This document shows, piece by piece, positions 10,596 to 20,737 of a stretch of 64,000 nt of DNA. Each line of letters begins with the position of its first letter. Position 1 is the stretch's first letter. The DNA is taken from positions 192,001 to 256,000 of the forward strand of contig CBDDBZ010000033.1 of the NCBI GenBank assembly GCA_965225945.1, in the 5' to 3' direction. Below the pieces are notes generated by a model that worked only from the letters and a program-made list of their open reading frames with translations, did not search any database and was not told where the DNA came from. A program made the translations under genes and the position numbers. The DNA is from Alphaproteobacteria bacterium. GTDB lineage: Bacteria; Pseudomonadota; Alphaproteobacteria; GCA-2731375.

Positions 10596-11350
10596 CTTGC
10601 CTATCCGGTTATCACCCACACCCACTATATGTAGTGTGTCTCCTTGGACTGCAGGCAAGGGCCGGCGCAGGCGCATTGAGGAGGCGATCCGGCTAATTCT
10701 TGATTGTTCTGAAAACCGAACCGGAGTTTAATTCACGTCACGTACTTAACATCGGGGGACGGAACGGTGGCGACCAAGGGAAAAACGAAGAAACCCACGG
10801 CCAGACGGGAAGCTGCTGATGAAACGACATCGTCTGAGCGATTGACGGCACTAGTCGAAGAAAGCGACGCGCTGGCACGAATCGTTGCGAAGAACCCGTC
10901 CGCGCCTGTTAGTCTCCTGCGCGTTTTGAGTCGCAGCGAAGACGAAGCGACACGCAAGAACGTGATCCTCAATCCGTTTACTTCATATGACGTATTGAGC
11001 GAACTTGAAAACCAGTTCACAGAGCTATTTGTGAATAATCCGGCACTCGAATCCTACAATTCAATGAAGCTCTGATTTCCTGGAATATTCCATCGGTGTC
11101 GTTCACCTCCGATTTCAGATAAATTTCAATGAAGTGACGGTCCTTTATGCAACGTGGCGTTTTGCCAAATCCGACTCAATGATTAGGATTTCCACCACGC
11201 TAAAGTGTCGCCTAAAAGGCGCTACAATGCCGTCCGAGTCCCTGCTCGGCATCGCCGGAGATATCTCCGCTTCGACCTGCACCGAGCTTTACTCAGGAAA
11301 ATGGGTGCACACTACATATAGTGGGTGTGGGTGATAACCGGATAGGCAAG
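10596..11350 (+). mobile_element. 755-bp insertion cassette, copy 2
   Basis: Same TIRs as copy 1; TSD GCCACCCC at 10588-10595 and 11351-11358; splits the IS66 transposase at DIGVA|ISKRQ. Confidence 0.95.
10767..11075 (+). CDS. LRV/HEAT-like passenger protein (copy 2)
   Basis: Translation identical to copy 1. Confidence 0.75.
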   Translation: MATKGKTKKPTARREAADETTSSERLTALVEESDALARIVAKNPSAPVSLLRVLSRSEDEATRKNVILNPFTSYDVLSELENQFTELFVNNPALESYNSMKL

Positions 11351-11886
11351 GCCACCCCGATATCGCTGAGCAAGGCCACCAGACGCGCCACCGTGGTCTG
11401 GCCCTGGTGGTAGAGGTCCACCACGAAGCGGCGCAACTCCGACCCGAAGTGGCCCTTCGCCCCCGCTGGCAAGGCCGCTATCACCGTCTCTCCCGACGGC
11501 GTCACCCAGCGTTGCCGGTGGTAGCGCAGGGTATATGGGCGCACCAAGAGATCTTGGACCACGTAGGGCTCGGTGCCCTTGAAGCGCGAGCCCGGCGGAA
11601 CCTCGGCCACAAGGATGCGCTCCTCGTCGATACGCAGCCGCGCGTTCTTCTTGCCCCGGCGGGCCTGTTGGCGCCGTTCCTTGGTCTTGCGTCGTTCGGC
11701 CGCCTTCTTCTCCATGCCGCTCGGCTTGATCTTGGGCCGCCCCTTGAGCCCTTTCAGCCGCGCGATCTCCTCGCGCAAGGCCGCGTTCTCCACTCGCAGA
11801 CGCGCGACCTCCTCCAATTGCCGGAGCACCAACCGCTTGAGGTCGTCCAGGCTCAGGGCCTCAATATCCGGGAGCGATTCGGCCAT

Positions 11887-13337
11887 GGGGATGTCCCGGG
11901 CTCTGTTGAAAAGCTGAAGTAGGCGTCGTCCGCCTGGAGCCGCTAGGCTCTGGGTGCTGATTCCATCAAGGAGAACGACGCCATGACCAAGACTACACGC
12001 AACGACCGTTCCTCGGAACCATCCTGTCGGCTCTTGCCATCGATGCCGGAGGCCTTCGACGATCTGCGCATGAGCGTCGATCGCTTCTGCCTTTTGGCGG
12101 GCCTCGAGTCTTTGAACGAGATGATGTCGGCGGACGCGGAAGCCTTGTGCGGTTCGCGCCACGCCCGCTCGGGCGAGCGCAAGGGCCATCGATGGGGCAC
12201 GACCCGGAGCGAGATCGCCTACCACGGCGGCAAAGTGAAGGTCGAGCGCCCTCGGGTGCGGGACTTCGCGGGTCGGGAGATGAGCCTGCCGAGTTGGGAG
12301 CTGCTGTCGGAACCCGAACTCTTGCAAGCCTGGGCGATGAATCTGATGGTGATCAACGTCTCGACCCGCAAGTATGCCCGCGCGGTGCGCCTGCCGGACG
12401 ATGCGGGCGGCGATCTGCCGGCGGCATCGGGTGACGCAACCTCGAAGTCGGCGGTCTCGCGCCGTTTCGTGGCGTTGACGCGAAGCAAGCTGAAGGCCTG
12501 GCTGGCGAGCCCGCTCGACGATCTCGATCTCGTGGTGCTCCAGATCGACGGGCTCCATGTCGGCGATCACCTGATGGTGGCGGCGATCGGCATCGACACC
12601 GGCGGCGCGAAGCACGTGCTGGGCCTGGCCGAGGGCGCGACGGAGAACGCGGCCACGGTGCAAGCCATGCTCGACAACCTGATCGAGCGCGGTCTCGATC
12701 CCGAACGGCCTCGGCTCTACATCGTCGACGGCGCCAAGGCGCTCTCGAAGGCGATCCGGCGGACCTTCGGGCGGGCGGCGGCCCTCCAGCGCTGCCAGGT
12801 GCACAAGGGGCGCAACATCACGGACCGGCTGGACGAGAGCCTCCATGCCGGCGTCAGGAAGGTCTTGCGGCAGGCCTGGCAGCAGGACGACGCGGCCAAG
12901 GCCGAACGGCTCTTGCGCAACCTCGCCCGCCGTCTGGAGCATGACGCACCCGGCGTCTCGGGCTCGATCCTGGAGGGCCTGGACGAGATCCTGACCGTGA
13001 TCCGGCTCGGCCTCCCGCCGCAACTTCGACACTCGCTGGCTTGCACCAACGCCATCGAGAACGCGATCGGCACCGTCCGGACGGTGCAGCGGAACGTCAA
13101 GCGCTGGCGCAACGCCGAGATGGCGCTGCGTTGGACCGCCGCCGGCCTCTTGGAGGCGCAAAAGACCTTCCGCCGCCTCAAGGCCTACCGCCAGCTCCCC
13201 GTCCTTGACGCCGCCCTGCGGGAGGCGGTGAGAAAGGCCGGAGCAAAGTCCGTCATTGAAGACATCGAGGTGGCCGCGTAGCCTCTCGATCAGACGATGC
13301 CTATCTCGCACTTTTCAACATTGGGCGGGACATCGCC
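11887..13337 (+). mobile_element. Complete IS256-family element (transposase 11983-13281)
   Basis: LQIDG, DGAKAL, QRCQVHK and TNAIE motifs; TIR GG(G/C)GATGTCCCG...TGTTGAAAAG; 9-bp TSD TTCGGCCAT. Confidence 0.93.
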
Positions 13338-13548
13338 TTCGGCCATCGCCCCATTGATTCATACTTCGAGTCCGCTGAGAATCCCCCCGGCTCAAAAAAT
13401 GCCCGGGGTTTTGCCCCTCTTACCATATCTGTGGATAACTCTATGTTTTGAAAGGGGTTTTGTGAATTCACGATAACCACCGTTTTTGATCGCCTACCGA
13501 AACGAGAAATCCAGATAACGACAGTTCCGCGAACTGAATTATTCGTCG

Positions 13549-13837
13549 CTACCTTGGACGAGCATCATATCCATCTGGGAGCCCTTGCCTCAATTTGATG
13601 AAGGGCTGGTACTCGATGTCGCTATGCCAGGCACGGGCGGCCTCCATATTAGGAAATTCGATAATATTGATGGCCGTGATATCTGGCTGCGTGCCTTCCA
13701 ACATCTCCCACGGCGAGTTTCTTGCGCGCGCAAGGTAGCGTCCCCCATGCTTCGCGATCAATGCCGCCACGGGATCCTTGTAGTCTTCTATCCACGATCG
13801 GTCATGCATCTTAAAGACCAACTGCATATGCGACCAT
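13549..13837 (-). pseudogene. DUF1330-domain protein, frameshifted
   Basis: IAKHGGRYLAR...IIEFPNMEAARAWHSDIEYQP; natural start MVAYAVGL at 13837 hits TAA. Confidence 0.7.
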
Positions 13838-13935
13838 GATACCCTCCACCTCTGTGCCGGATCAGATCCTATGTGAGACCAACTGCATATGCGACCATGA
13901 TACCCTCCACCTCTGTGCCGGATCAGATCCTATGT
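13815..13935. repeat. 60-bp tandem duplication (period 61)
   Basis: 13815-13874 equals 13876-13935; covers the RBS and ATG of the DUF1330 gene. Confidence 0.9.
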
Positions 13936-14601
13936 CCAGCCGCACCTCGATGGCAAAACCATCCTCGGTCCAGATCAATGACCAATCTCGAAGATGGTCA
14001 AGTCCGGATTCTGCTGGGAATTTTCTCCGGGGTTGCCTCCGTCGAGGCCTGTTCTGGTAGTTCCAGCTCGGCTTGGTATTCCTGATCGAGTTCCTTCCTG
14101 ACGGCGTCCATCTGGCGCCGCTCGAAGACGGTGACCTTGACTGCTTTCCATCGCTCGGCGGCGCGGCTCATGGCACCGAACATGAGCTTCAGTACCGCCT
14201 TTTCGCCGAAGGCGTTGGGGATGATCTTCAAGCGCCGGCGCTCCTCCCCGAACAATCTCTCCAGCAGGTTGGTGGTGCGGATCGCCCGGCGGTGATTGAC
14301 CGGCATGCGCAGGTGCGCGATGCAGGCCTCGAAATCATCCAGGAAACAGGCCACCGCCGAGGGCAGCTCGCGCTCCCAGTCACGCACCACGCCCTCGGCC
14401 AGATCGCGGGCGATGGCGCGCGAGGGGGCCTGGTAGGCCGCTTGGGCGCGGGCCTTGAACTCCGGCCAGAGATCCTCGGGCACCTTCGCCGCCAAGTTCC
14501 TCATCCGGTGCGCGAGGCAGCGTTGGCGCGCGCTCCTGGGAAAACAAATGGGGATTATGAATGCTACTTGACGCCCTGCGGGAAATCCGCATGATGGACG
14601 G

Positions 14602-14994
14602 ATGTTTGGAACCGAGGCATCCCTCCCCATTACGGTCAAAGAGGTGGGGGCGGTCGTGAGGCGCTTCTTATTAATGCTCCGCCTGCATCGGTGTCCGTGT
14701 TTCGATCGCACTCTCTTTTGGACGTTCTCATGGAAACTAGCGGATATATTTCGAGTTCTCGAAAGTCCTGACGTCTCTCCTGACGGATTTACGCATAATC
14801 ACTACTTGGCAAAACGAGACGTGGAACGCATCACAGGAACGTTTAACATTGACTGTCCTGAAATAGACGCCGACACGGTAAGGATTTGGCTTCACTATAT
14901 GGCGCTGCTGATTGATTCATGTAAAGACGGCAATCTGAAGGTGGCGAGGAATATTATGAGAGATCCCAATCTGAGATTCAGATCAGATGACTAG
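14602..14994 (+). CDS. Hypothetical passenger protein in IS1595
   Basis: AT-richer ORF inside the TIRs; no recognisable motif. Confidence 0.4.
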   Translation: MFGTEASLPITVKEVGAVVRRFLLMLRLHRCPCFDRTLFWTFSWKLADIFRVLESPDVSPDGFTHNHYLAKRDVERITGTFNIDCPEIDADTVRIWLHYMALLIDSCKDGNLKVARNIMRDPNLRFRSDD

Positions 14995-15262
14995 ACCCAA
15001 CTTCGCCAGCGGCCCAGAGCACGGGCAACAAGACGATGGCCGAATGGAGGGCCGCACAATGACCCGAGGCGTCCCTGTTCTCGACCCGGCGGTGCACCTG
15101 AAGGGTGCGACCCCGGAGAAACTGGCGAAGGCGCTCTTTCGCCGAACCGAGCCGCTACCGCCCCGCGTTGGAAAGCCCGTTGCTGGCGACGAGGTCGCGG
15201 TAGAGAAGGTTTCGACCGACGAGCCGGGCAACAGTGTCCCGCATTTGGGCAAGAGTGCCTGA
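14987..15262 (+). CDS. Small hypothetical passenger protein in IS1595
   Basis: GATPEKLAKALFR; converges on and overlaps the transposase 3' end; start uncertain. Confidence 0.4.
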   Translation: MTRPNFASGPEHGQQDDGRMEGRTMTRGVPVLDPAVHLKGATPEKLAKALFRRTEPLPPRVGKPVAGDEVAVEKVSTDEPGNSVPHLGKSA

Positions 15263-17175
15263 GTCGCGGATGTTGTGCTTGCCAGCGAACTCCTGGACGT
15301 AACGGTCAAGATGCTTCGGACTGATCTTGTGGAAGGTTCCTTTGTGGGCGCGCTTGAGCATGCTCCAGAAGCTTTCAATACCGTTGGTATGCGCCATGCC
15401 GTCAACGTACTCGCCAACGCTGTGTTTGACGGTTTCGTGGTCGAAAGTCAGCCCCTTATAGGAGCCATGATCGTCCGTGTAGACCTTGGCATCGGACGCG
15501 GCGTGATCCGCGACGAACCCCTGCAATGTCTGGCCATCTGTGTCGTCAACGACACGGGCCGTCACTTTGTTGCTGTCGCGGTCTTTCATACCAACAACGG
15601 CGGTCTTGCCAACTGCACTACGTCCGGTGCCCGCCAACTCTTTGCGCTTGGCCTTGCTCATGTTCTTGCGCTTGCCGCCAAAGTAAGTTTCGTCTACCTC
15701 GACCGGGCCGTCGAAAGGTTCGCCGTTCTCGCCCGCCCACGCTTCACGGATACGGTGCAACATGAACCAAGCTGTAGGCTGGGATACGCCGATATCGCGG
15801 GACAGTTTCATGCTGGCGACGCTTTTAAGGCTGGTAAGGCACAAGTAGATGGCGATGGCCCACTTGCGAAGCGGGACGTTGGAGCGGGCAATCGGCGTTC
15901 CGGTGCGGACGCTGAAATACGACCGGCAGTCAGAGCACCAATAGGGCATCGGTTTGGCGTTCGGGACTTCGCGCGTCCGAACGCTCCCGCACTTGCCGCA
16001 ATGCCGCTCGCCGTCACGCCAGATAACGGACTCGAACCATGCCGTCGCGGCAGCCTCATCCAGGAACATGTCCATGAGCTGGACCAGCGTAACGCCTTCG
16101 CGATGGGCTTTGCCTGGGGCTTTCTGCGTCATGTCCGTGTCTCCCTTCCAACACCTTGGAATATAGGGAGTCAGTCAGCTAATGTCAAGTAGTCTTTATA
16201 ATCCCCTTTCGAACTCGCTAAGGTCGCGCTTGGCGAAGCCGAGGTAGTCCGCCCAGAGCCGCTCCCCCATCTCCGAGACCGCCGTGCGCGACAGCAGCAA
16301 GCGCCCACTTTCTTCCCTGAAGGCATCTTCGATGTCGCGCACCGAGAGACCGCGCGCCAGCATCTCCACGGCTAAATCCTCCAGGCCCTCGGAATGACCC
16401 TTCAGCTGCGCTCGCAGATCCGAACGGAACGGTTCGTCCGTCCCGGCGACCTGCGGCGCCGCATACCTGATCCGCCCCTCGGCCGTCTTCAGATGACCTT
16501 CGCGCGAACCGTTCCGGTAACCTCGGCCAGGCTCGGAACCGTGCTCGTAATAGTCCCGGCCCAGGGCGTCGCGCACCTCGGCCTCCAAGCCTTCCTCGAT
16601 GATCAACCGCGTCGCCAACCGCACCAATTCACTCTTCGCGTCGACCACGCGGGCGCGCCCTTCGATCAGGTCGTTCAAGGCTTCACGCGTGCGCTCGCTT
16701 CCGGGTAGTCTCTTCGTCATGGAGGTGCCTCCTGTGCTGGGCTGGCGCGCAGCCATGCCCGGGTGGGAATCGACACCTCGAAGGATGCACCTCCTACCAA
16801 ATTCCCAGCAAGTCTAGGACTTCACCGTCGAAGATGCCACGGTGCCCGTGCGCTAAATGACGATAGACCGGACACCACACGCTAGGTTCGTATATCCTTA
16901 CCGAATGGCGTGTAGATAAACCTCTGTTTTGAAACGGGTTTTGACCCCTGGTTACATACCACCGTTTTTGACCGCCCAATTTTTGCTCACTCCCGGCGTC
17001 AAGGACGGCCGTGGACAGATCTTCGCGGTCGTCGAGGTGGCGAATTGCACCTCGTGCCGTCCGGGATGGCGACGAGACGAGATCACCGCGATAGTGCCGC
17101 CGCGCCTCAAAATCACCAAAGAAGAAAAGCGCCGGGCGAACGAACGACACCAAAACTAGTCACGTTCGATCCCGC

Positions 17176-18126
17176 CTAAGCCTCCACCCGAGCCCGCACC
17201 TCGGTTTTGAACCAGTCCATCACCTCGTACGACTCCTCAACGCTGCCTCGGACCAGGTTGACGATCATGGTGGTGACGCCGGCCTCCCCCAGCGCGCGAA
17301 TGTCGCCGGCGATCTCGTCCGCCGTGCCGGTGAGGATGAAGCGCTCGCCACCCTCCAGCGCGAAAGGTGGTGCGTCGAACGGCCAGTTGGCGCAGTAGCT
17401 GCGCGTGATCGTCGCCGGATCGCGTCCGGCCTTCTCGGCCGCCGCCTCCAGCCGCCCGACCCGGGCGGTGTATTGCGGAAGCGTCGCGCACGGGAACCTG
17501 GGATTGGCGCCGATCGGGTACCAGCCATCGCCCAGTTCCGCCGTCCGCCGGAGCGCCCTCGGGCTTTCGCCGCCGATCCAGATCGGAATGGTGCCCTGGG
17601 CCGGCTTGGGCTCGAAGACGATGTCGGCATAGGCGCCGTAGGCGCCGTCGTGACTCGGCGTGTCATCCTGCCAGAGGCTGCGGAAGATCCGGATGTATTC
17701 GTCGGTGACGTCGCCACGGGCCTCGAACGGCGGTGCGCCCAGGGCCTCGAACTCTTCCTTCATCCAGCCGGCGCCGCAGCCGAGCGTCACTCGCCCCTCC
17801 GAGAGGTGATCGATGGTGGCGAGGATCTTGGCGGTGTGGACGGGTGCGCGGTGCGGCACCACCATCACCGAAGTGAGGAGCCGCACCCGTGTCGTCACCG
17901 CCGCGAGCCAGGCGAGCGCCGTCGGCTGGTCGAGCCAGAGGTCGGGAAAGGTCGGCTTGCCGTCGGCGGCATAGGGGTAGACGTGGGCGAAGGACTTGGG
18001 GATCACGATATGGTCCGAGACGGTGAGGTATTCGTAGCCCATCTCCTCGCCCTTGCGCGCGAGCGCCTTGAGCTCCCGCTGGGTGGCCATCGGCCCCCGG
18101 GTCGGCATGCCGAAACCAAATTCCAT
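17176..18126 (-). CDS. LLM-class (putative F420-dependent) oxidoreductase
   Basis: SDHIVIP, LATIDHLSEGR.TLG.GAGW and IWIGG motifs. Confidence 0.9.
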   Translation of the reverse strand: MEFGFGMPTRGPMATQRELKALARKGEEMGYEYLTVSDHIVIPKSFAHVYPYAADGKPTFPDLWLDQPTALAWLAAVTTRVRLLTSVMVVPHRAPVHTAKILATIDHLSEGRVTLGCGAGWMKEEFEALGAPPFEARGDVTDEYIRIFRSLWQDDTPSHDGAYGAYADIVFEPKPAQGTIPIWIGGESPRALRRTAELGDGWYPIGANPRFPCATLPQYTARVGRLEAAAEKAGRDPATITRSYCANWPFDAPPFALEGGERFILTGTADEIAGDIRALGEAGVTTMIVNLVRGSVEESYEVMDWFKTEVRARVEA

Positions 18127-18153
18127 GATCTCTTCTCCTCCTGTTGGTGTAGA

Positions 18154-19110
18154 TCAGGCGCCGACGCGGGGGCGGATCTCCGCCGCGAAACGGCTGATCT
18201 CGTCGAGCGTGGCTTGAAGCGTCGGGTGCTGGAAATTGAACAGCGCCCGGGTGACACCGAGGGCGGCGAGGGCGGAAATATCCTCGGCGATTGCCGCCAC
18301 TTCACCGGTGAAGAGGTGGCGCTCGCCGGCTTCCAGCGCCAGCGGCGGCTCGGTGAACAGCCAATTGGCCCAATAGGCGAGCTCGATCGTCGCCGGATCG
18401 CGCCCCTCCTCGTCGGCGAGCCCGTGCAGCCGCGCCACCCGCTTCTCGTAACGATGAAGCGTGTTCAAGGGAAAGCGCGGGTTGGTGCCGACCGGGAACC
18501 AGCAATCGCCGAGCCGGGCGGTGCGGCGCAGCGCGGCTGCGCTCTCGCCGCCGATCCAGAACGGCACCCGCGCCTGCGCCGGCTTGGGCTCGAAGACGAG
18601 ATTGGCGACCTGCGCAAATTCACCGTCGTATTCCGGCGCCTCCTGTTCCCAAAGCGCGCGGAAGGCCATCAGATACTCGTCGGTGACCCGGCCGCGGGCA
18701 TCGAAATCCGGTGCGCCGATGGCCTCGAACTCCTCCCGCATCCAGCCGGCGCCACAGCCGAGCACCAGGCGCCCGCCCGACAGCACGTCGATCGTGGCCA
18801 GGATCTTGGCGGTGTGCACGGGCGCGCGATGCGGCACCACCATGACGGACGTCAAAAGCTTGACCGTGCGTGTCGCGCTTGCGAGCCAGGCCATCAGGGT
18901 CAGTTGCTCGAGGCAGGCGCCGATCGCCCGGCCGGCCCAGCTGCCGTCGCTCGAATAAGGATAGGTCGAGGCGACCTCGCGCGGGACGACGATGTGGTCG
19001 GGAATGGCGATATATTCGAAACCCAGCGCCTCGCCGTGACGCGCGATCGCCAGGATCGAATCCGGATCCGCGAGCGGTCCCCGCGTCGGAATGCTGAAGC
19101 CGTACTCCAT
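18154..19110 (-). CDS. LLM-class (putative F420-dependent) oxidoreductase, tandem paralog
   Basis: Same motifs; shares LLTSVMVVPHRAPVHTAKILATID with its neighbour. Confidence 0.9.
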   Translation of the reverse strand: MEYGFSIPTRGPLADPDSILAIARHGEALGFEYIAIPDHIVVPREVASTYPYSSDGSWAGRAIGACLEQLTLMAWLASATRTVKLLTSVMVVPHRAPVHTAKILATIDVLSGGRLVLGCGAGWMREEFEAIGAPDFDARGRVTDEYLMAFRALWEQEAPEYDGEFAQVANLVFEPKPAQARVPFWIGGESAAALRRTARLGDCWFPVGTNPRFPLNTLHRYEKRVARLHGLADEEGRDPATIELAYWANWLFTEPPLALEAGERHLFTGEVAAIAEDISALAALGVTRALFNFQHPTLQATLDEISRFAAEIRPRVGA

Positions 19111-19283
19111 GGTGCCCTCTCCCCTCGTTCTCCGCCGCCGCCCGCCATGCTAGCGCGCCCTCGCCCGCTCCGCGATAGAGGAAAAGCGCATAGGGGAGAG
19201 GCGGGCGCATCGTCAAGCCCATAGGAGACGGTAAACTCGTGGAGTTCGCCCCTCCGATTGACGCGCCGAGCAAACTTGGCTAG

Positions 19284-19907
19284 GTGAAAAAAATGGCTAC
19301 CCGGGGGAATGAGGCACTCGATGCCTCGGCTGTGCGACTACTAGAGGCTCGAGGCGAGCTCGATGCTCGGTTATATGGGCCCAGCAAGCGGTTTCCCGCG
19401 CGGGAATTCAATCGCCTGTGGCTGGCATTTCTCGAGTATTCAGCTCAAACGACCCATCGCAATTGGCTGCATGGAGACGTGGCGAGGGAGTTCAGGGATC
19501 TCCCGGAGTATTTGCAACTCGAGATCTTCGATACACCGGGCGAAGCATTGCGGACGGCCGAGCGGATGGAGAGTATCTTGTTTGGCGACCACGACCCCTT
19601 CCCGGAGGATGAGGAACCGCCTGTCCCGGAGAGCATGATAGAAGTAACCGACGACGACTATGGGTGCATTGAAGGCGAATGCGCCGGATGCGGGAACTTC
19701 GGCCGCAACAATGAAGTGGGACTATGCGGCGACTGTTCGGGGAAACTGGAACGCGATTTGATTCGAGATCGAGCTTGGAATTATAGCCTGACCGTGTATG
19801 GCATGAATGATTCTCAGCGGAATGAAGTACGGAACCAAATCTTGCGTAAATACGGCAAGCGCCATGAGTTGATCGTTCCAAACGGTCCGGCCAAGCCGAG
19901 ACGATAA
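19284..19907 (+). CDS. Hypothetical protein with CxxC...CxxC putative Zn site
   Basis: ECAGCG...LCGDC after an acidic linker; AT-richer DNA. Confidence 0.65.
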   Translation: MKKMATRGNEALDASAVRLLEARGELDARLYGPSKRFPAREFNRLWLAFLEYSAQTTHRNWLHGDVAREFRDLPEYLQLEIFDTPGEALRTAERMESILFGDHDPFPEDEEPPVPESMIEVTDDDYGCIEGECAGCGNFGRNNEVGLCGDCSGKLERDLIRDRAWNYSLTVYGMNDSQRNEVRNQILRKYGKRHELIVPNGPAKPRR

Positions 19908-20033
19908 CGCCGGAAGACAAGAAGCGGAAGTAAAGCGGAACGACCGTCGCTTGCCAAGGACAGGTCGTGGTTCGATGCGTTATCAGGTTCTGTAGGGTGA
20001 TGGCAATGGTGTCGTTATCAGAAGGAGTTCGAG

Positions 20034-20681
20034 ATGAAGCGACAGAAAGGCAACAACCACCAACGCAACCGTGCCCTGAAGGAGGCGAGACGAAAAGCCG
20101 CGGGGGCCGTCAAAAAAAGAGAACAAGCGGCGGCGCCCCATTCCGGCCTCCATCTAGCACGGGCCGCCGCTTCGACCTCCGGCGTCGACTATTGCATGGT
20201 GAGCGAAAGCCTCTTCGACGTCGGCATAGGCTGCGTAATTCTCGGGCGTGCGGTTTCCTCGACCAAGATAGCAACAAGCTTTTTCCTCGTCGACGTTTAC
20301 TGCCTGGGGGTCAAGGACGCCTTCTATTCCGAATTGACGAATGGGCAATTCAGGGAGATGATGGATAGCAGTTCCGAAGGCGGATTCTCTCTCGCCGAGA
20401 TCGCTCCGGAATGCGCGCGCAAGATCGTGGAGAGTGCCGTCGCCTATGCAAGGCAACTGGGCTTCAACCCGCATCCCGACTATTCGACGGCCGAGGCATT
20501 GTTCGGGGATATCGACGCCGAAGCCAGCCCGATCGAGTATGAATTTGGCAAGGATGGCAAGCCGTTCTACATTTCCGGTACCCGCGGTACGCCCATGAAG
20601 GTCAGAAAGACATTGCACGCCTTGATCTCGAGGCTGGGCGAGAAAAATTTCCGTTACATCTTGGAGGCCGGCACGTTTTGA
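20034..20681 (+). CDS. Conserved-looking hypothetical protein
   Basis: RBS GAAGGAG; FLVDVYCLGVKDAF, GFNPHPDY and FGKDGKPFYISG. Confidence 0.75.
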   Translation: MKRQKGNNHQRNRALKEARRKAAGAVKKREQAAAPHSGLHLARAAASTSGVDYCMVSESLFDVGIGCVILGRAVSSTKIATSFFLVDVYCLGVKDAFYSELTNGQFREMMDSSSEGGFSLAEIAPECARKIVESAVAYARQLGFNPHPDYSTAEALFGDIDAEASPIEYEFGKDGKPFYISGTRGTPMKVRKTLHALISRLGEKNFRYILEAGTF

Positions 20682-20737
20682 AAGCGCGGTGGCGGTCCCG
20701 ATCGGATCTCGCCGACCGGCTCGAGGAACGTGATCGA

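Larger units (their letters stand above)
9623..13423 (-). mobile_element. IS66-family single-ORF element, interrupted by cassette copy 2 and IS256 and truncated by IS21
   Basis: GTAA end at 13423; VDDTGARH, LSDDAGQF, HALCWVHAER and NTNGSENDIR motifs; ORF pieces 11351-11886 and 9623-10595. Confidence 0.88.
14550..16206 (-). mobile_element. IS1595-family element (ISNwi1-like ends) with passenger ORFs; transposase 15155-16132
   Basis: TIR GGGGATTAT...CTACTTGAC at both ends; CxxC...CxxC, VEVDETY, YTDD and HTNGIESFW motifs. Confidence 0.9.
13996..16827 (-). mobile_element. IS256-family element interrupted and partly deleted by IS1595
   Basis: Transposase halves 16207-16720 and 13998-14549 (RQRCLAH, RTTNLLER); imperfect TIRs; TSD TCGAAGAT at 13988-13995 and 16828-16835. 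Confidence 0.87.

Noticed and set aside
11293-13311. 672-aa minus-strand ORF
   Set aside because: Chimera of the IS256 antisense strand and the IS66 transposase N-terminus.
13430-13438. Replication origin
   Set aside because: Only one perfect DnaA box, inside an IS cluster with no origin-linked genes.
15155-16132. Local IS1595 transposase as the mobiliser of the 755-bp cassette
   Set aside because: Its TIRs (GGGGATTAT...) do not resemble CTTGCCTATC..., so the cognate enzyme is probably elsewhere.
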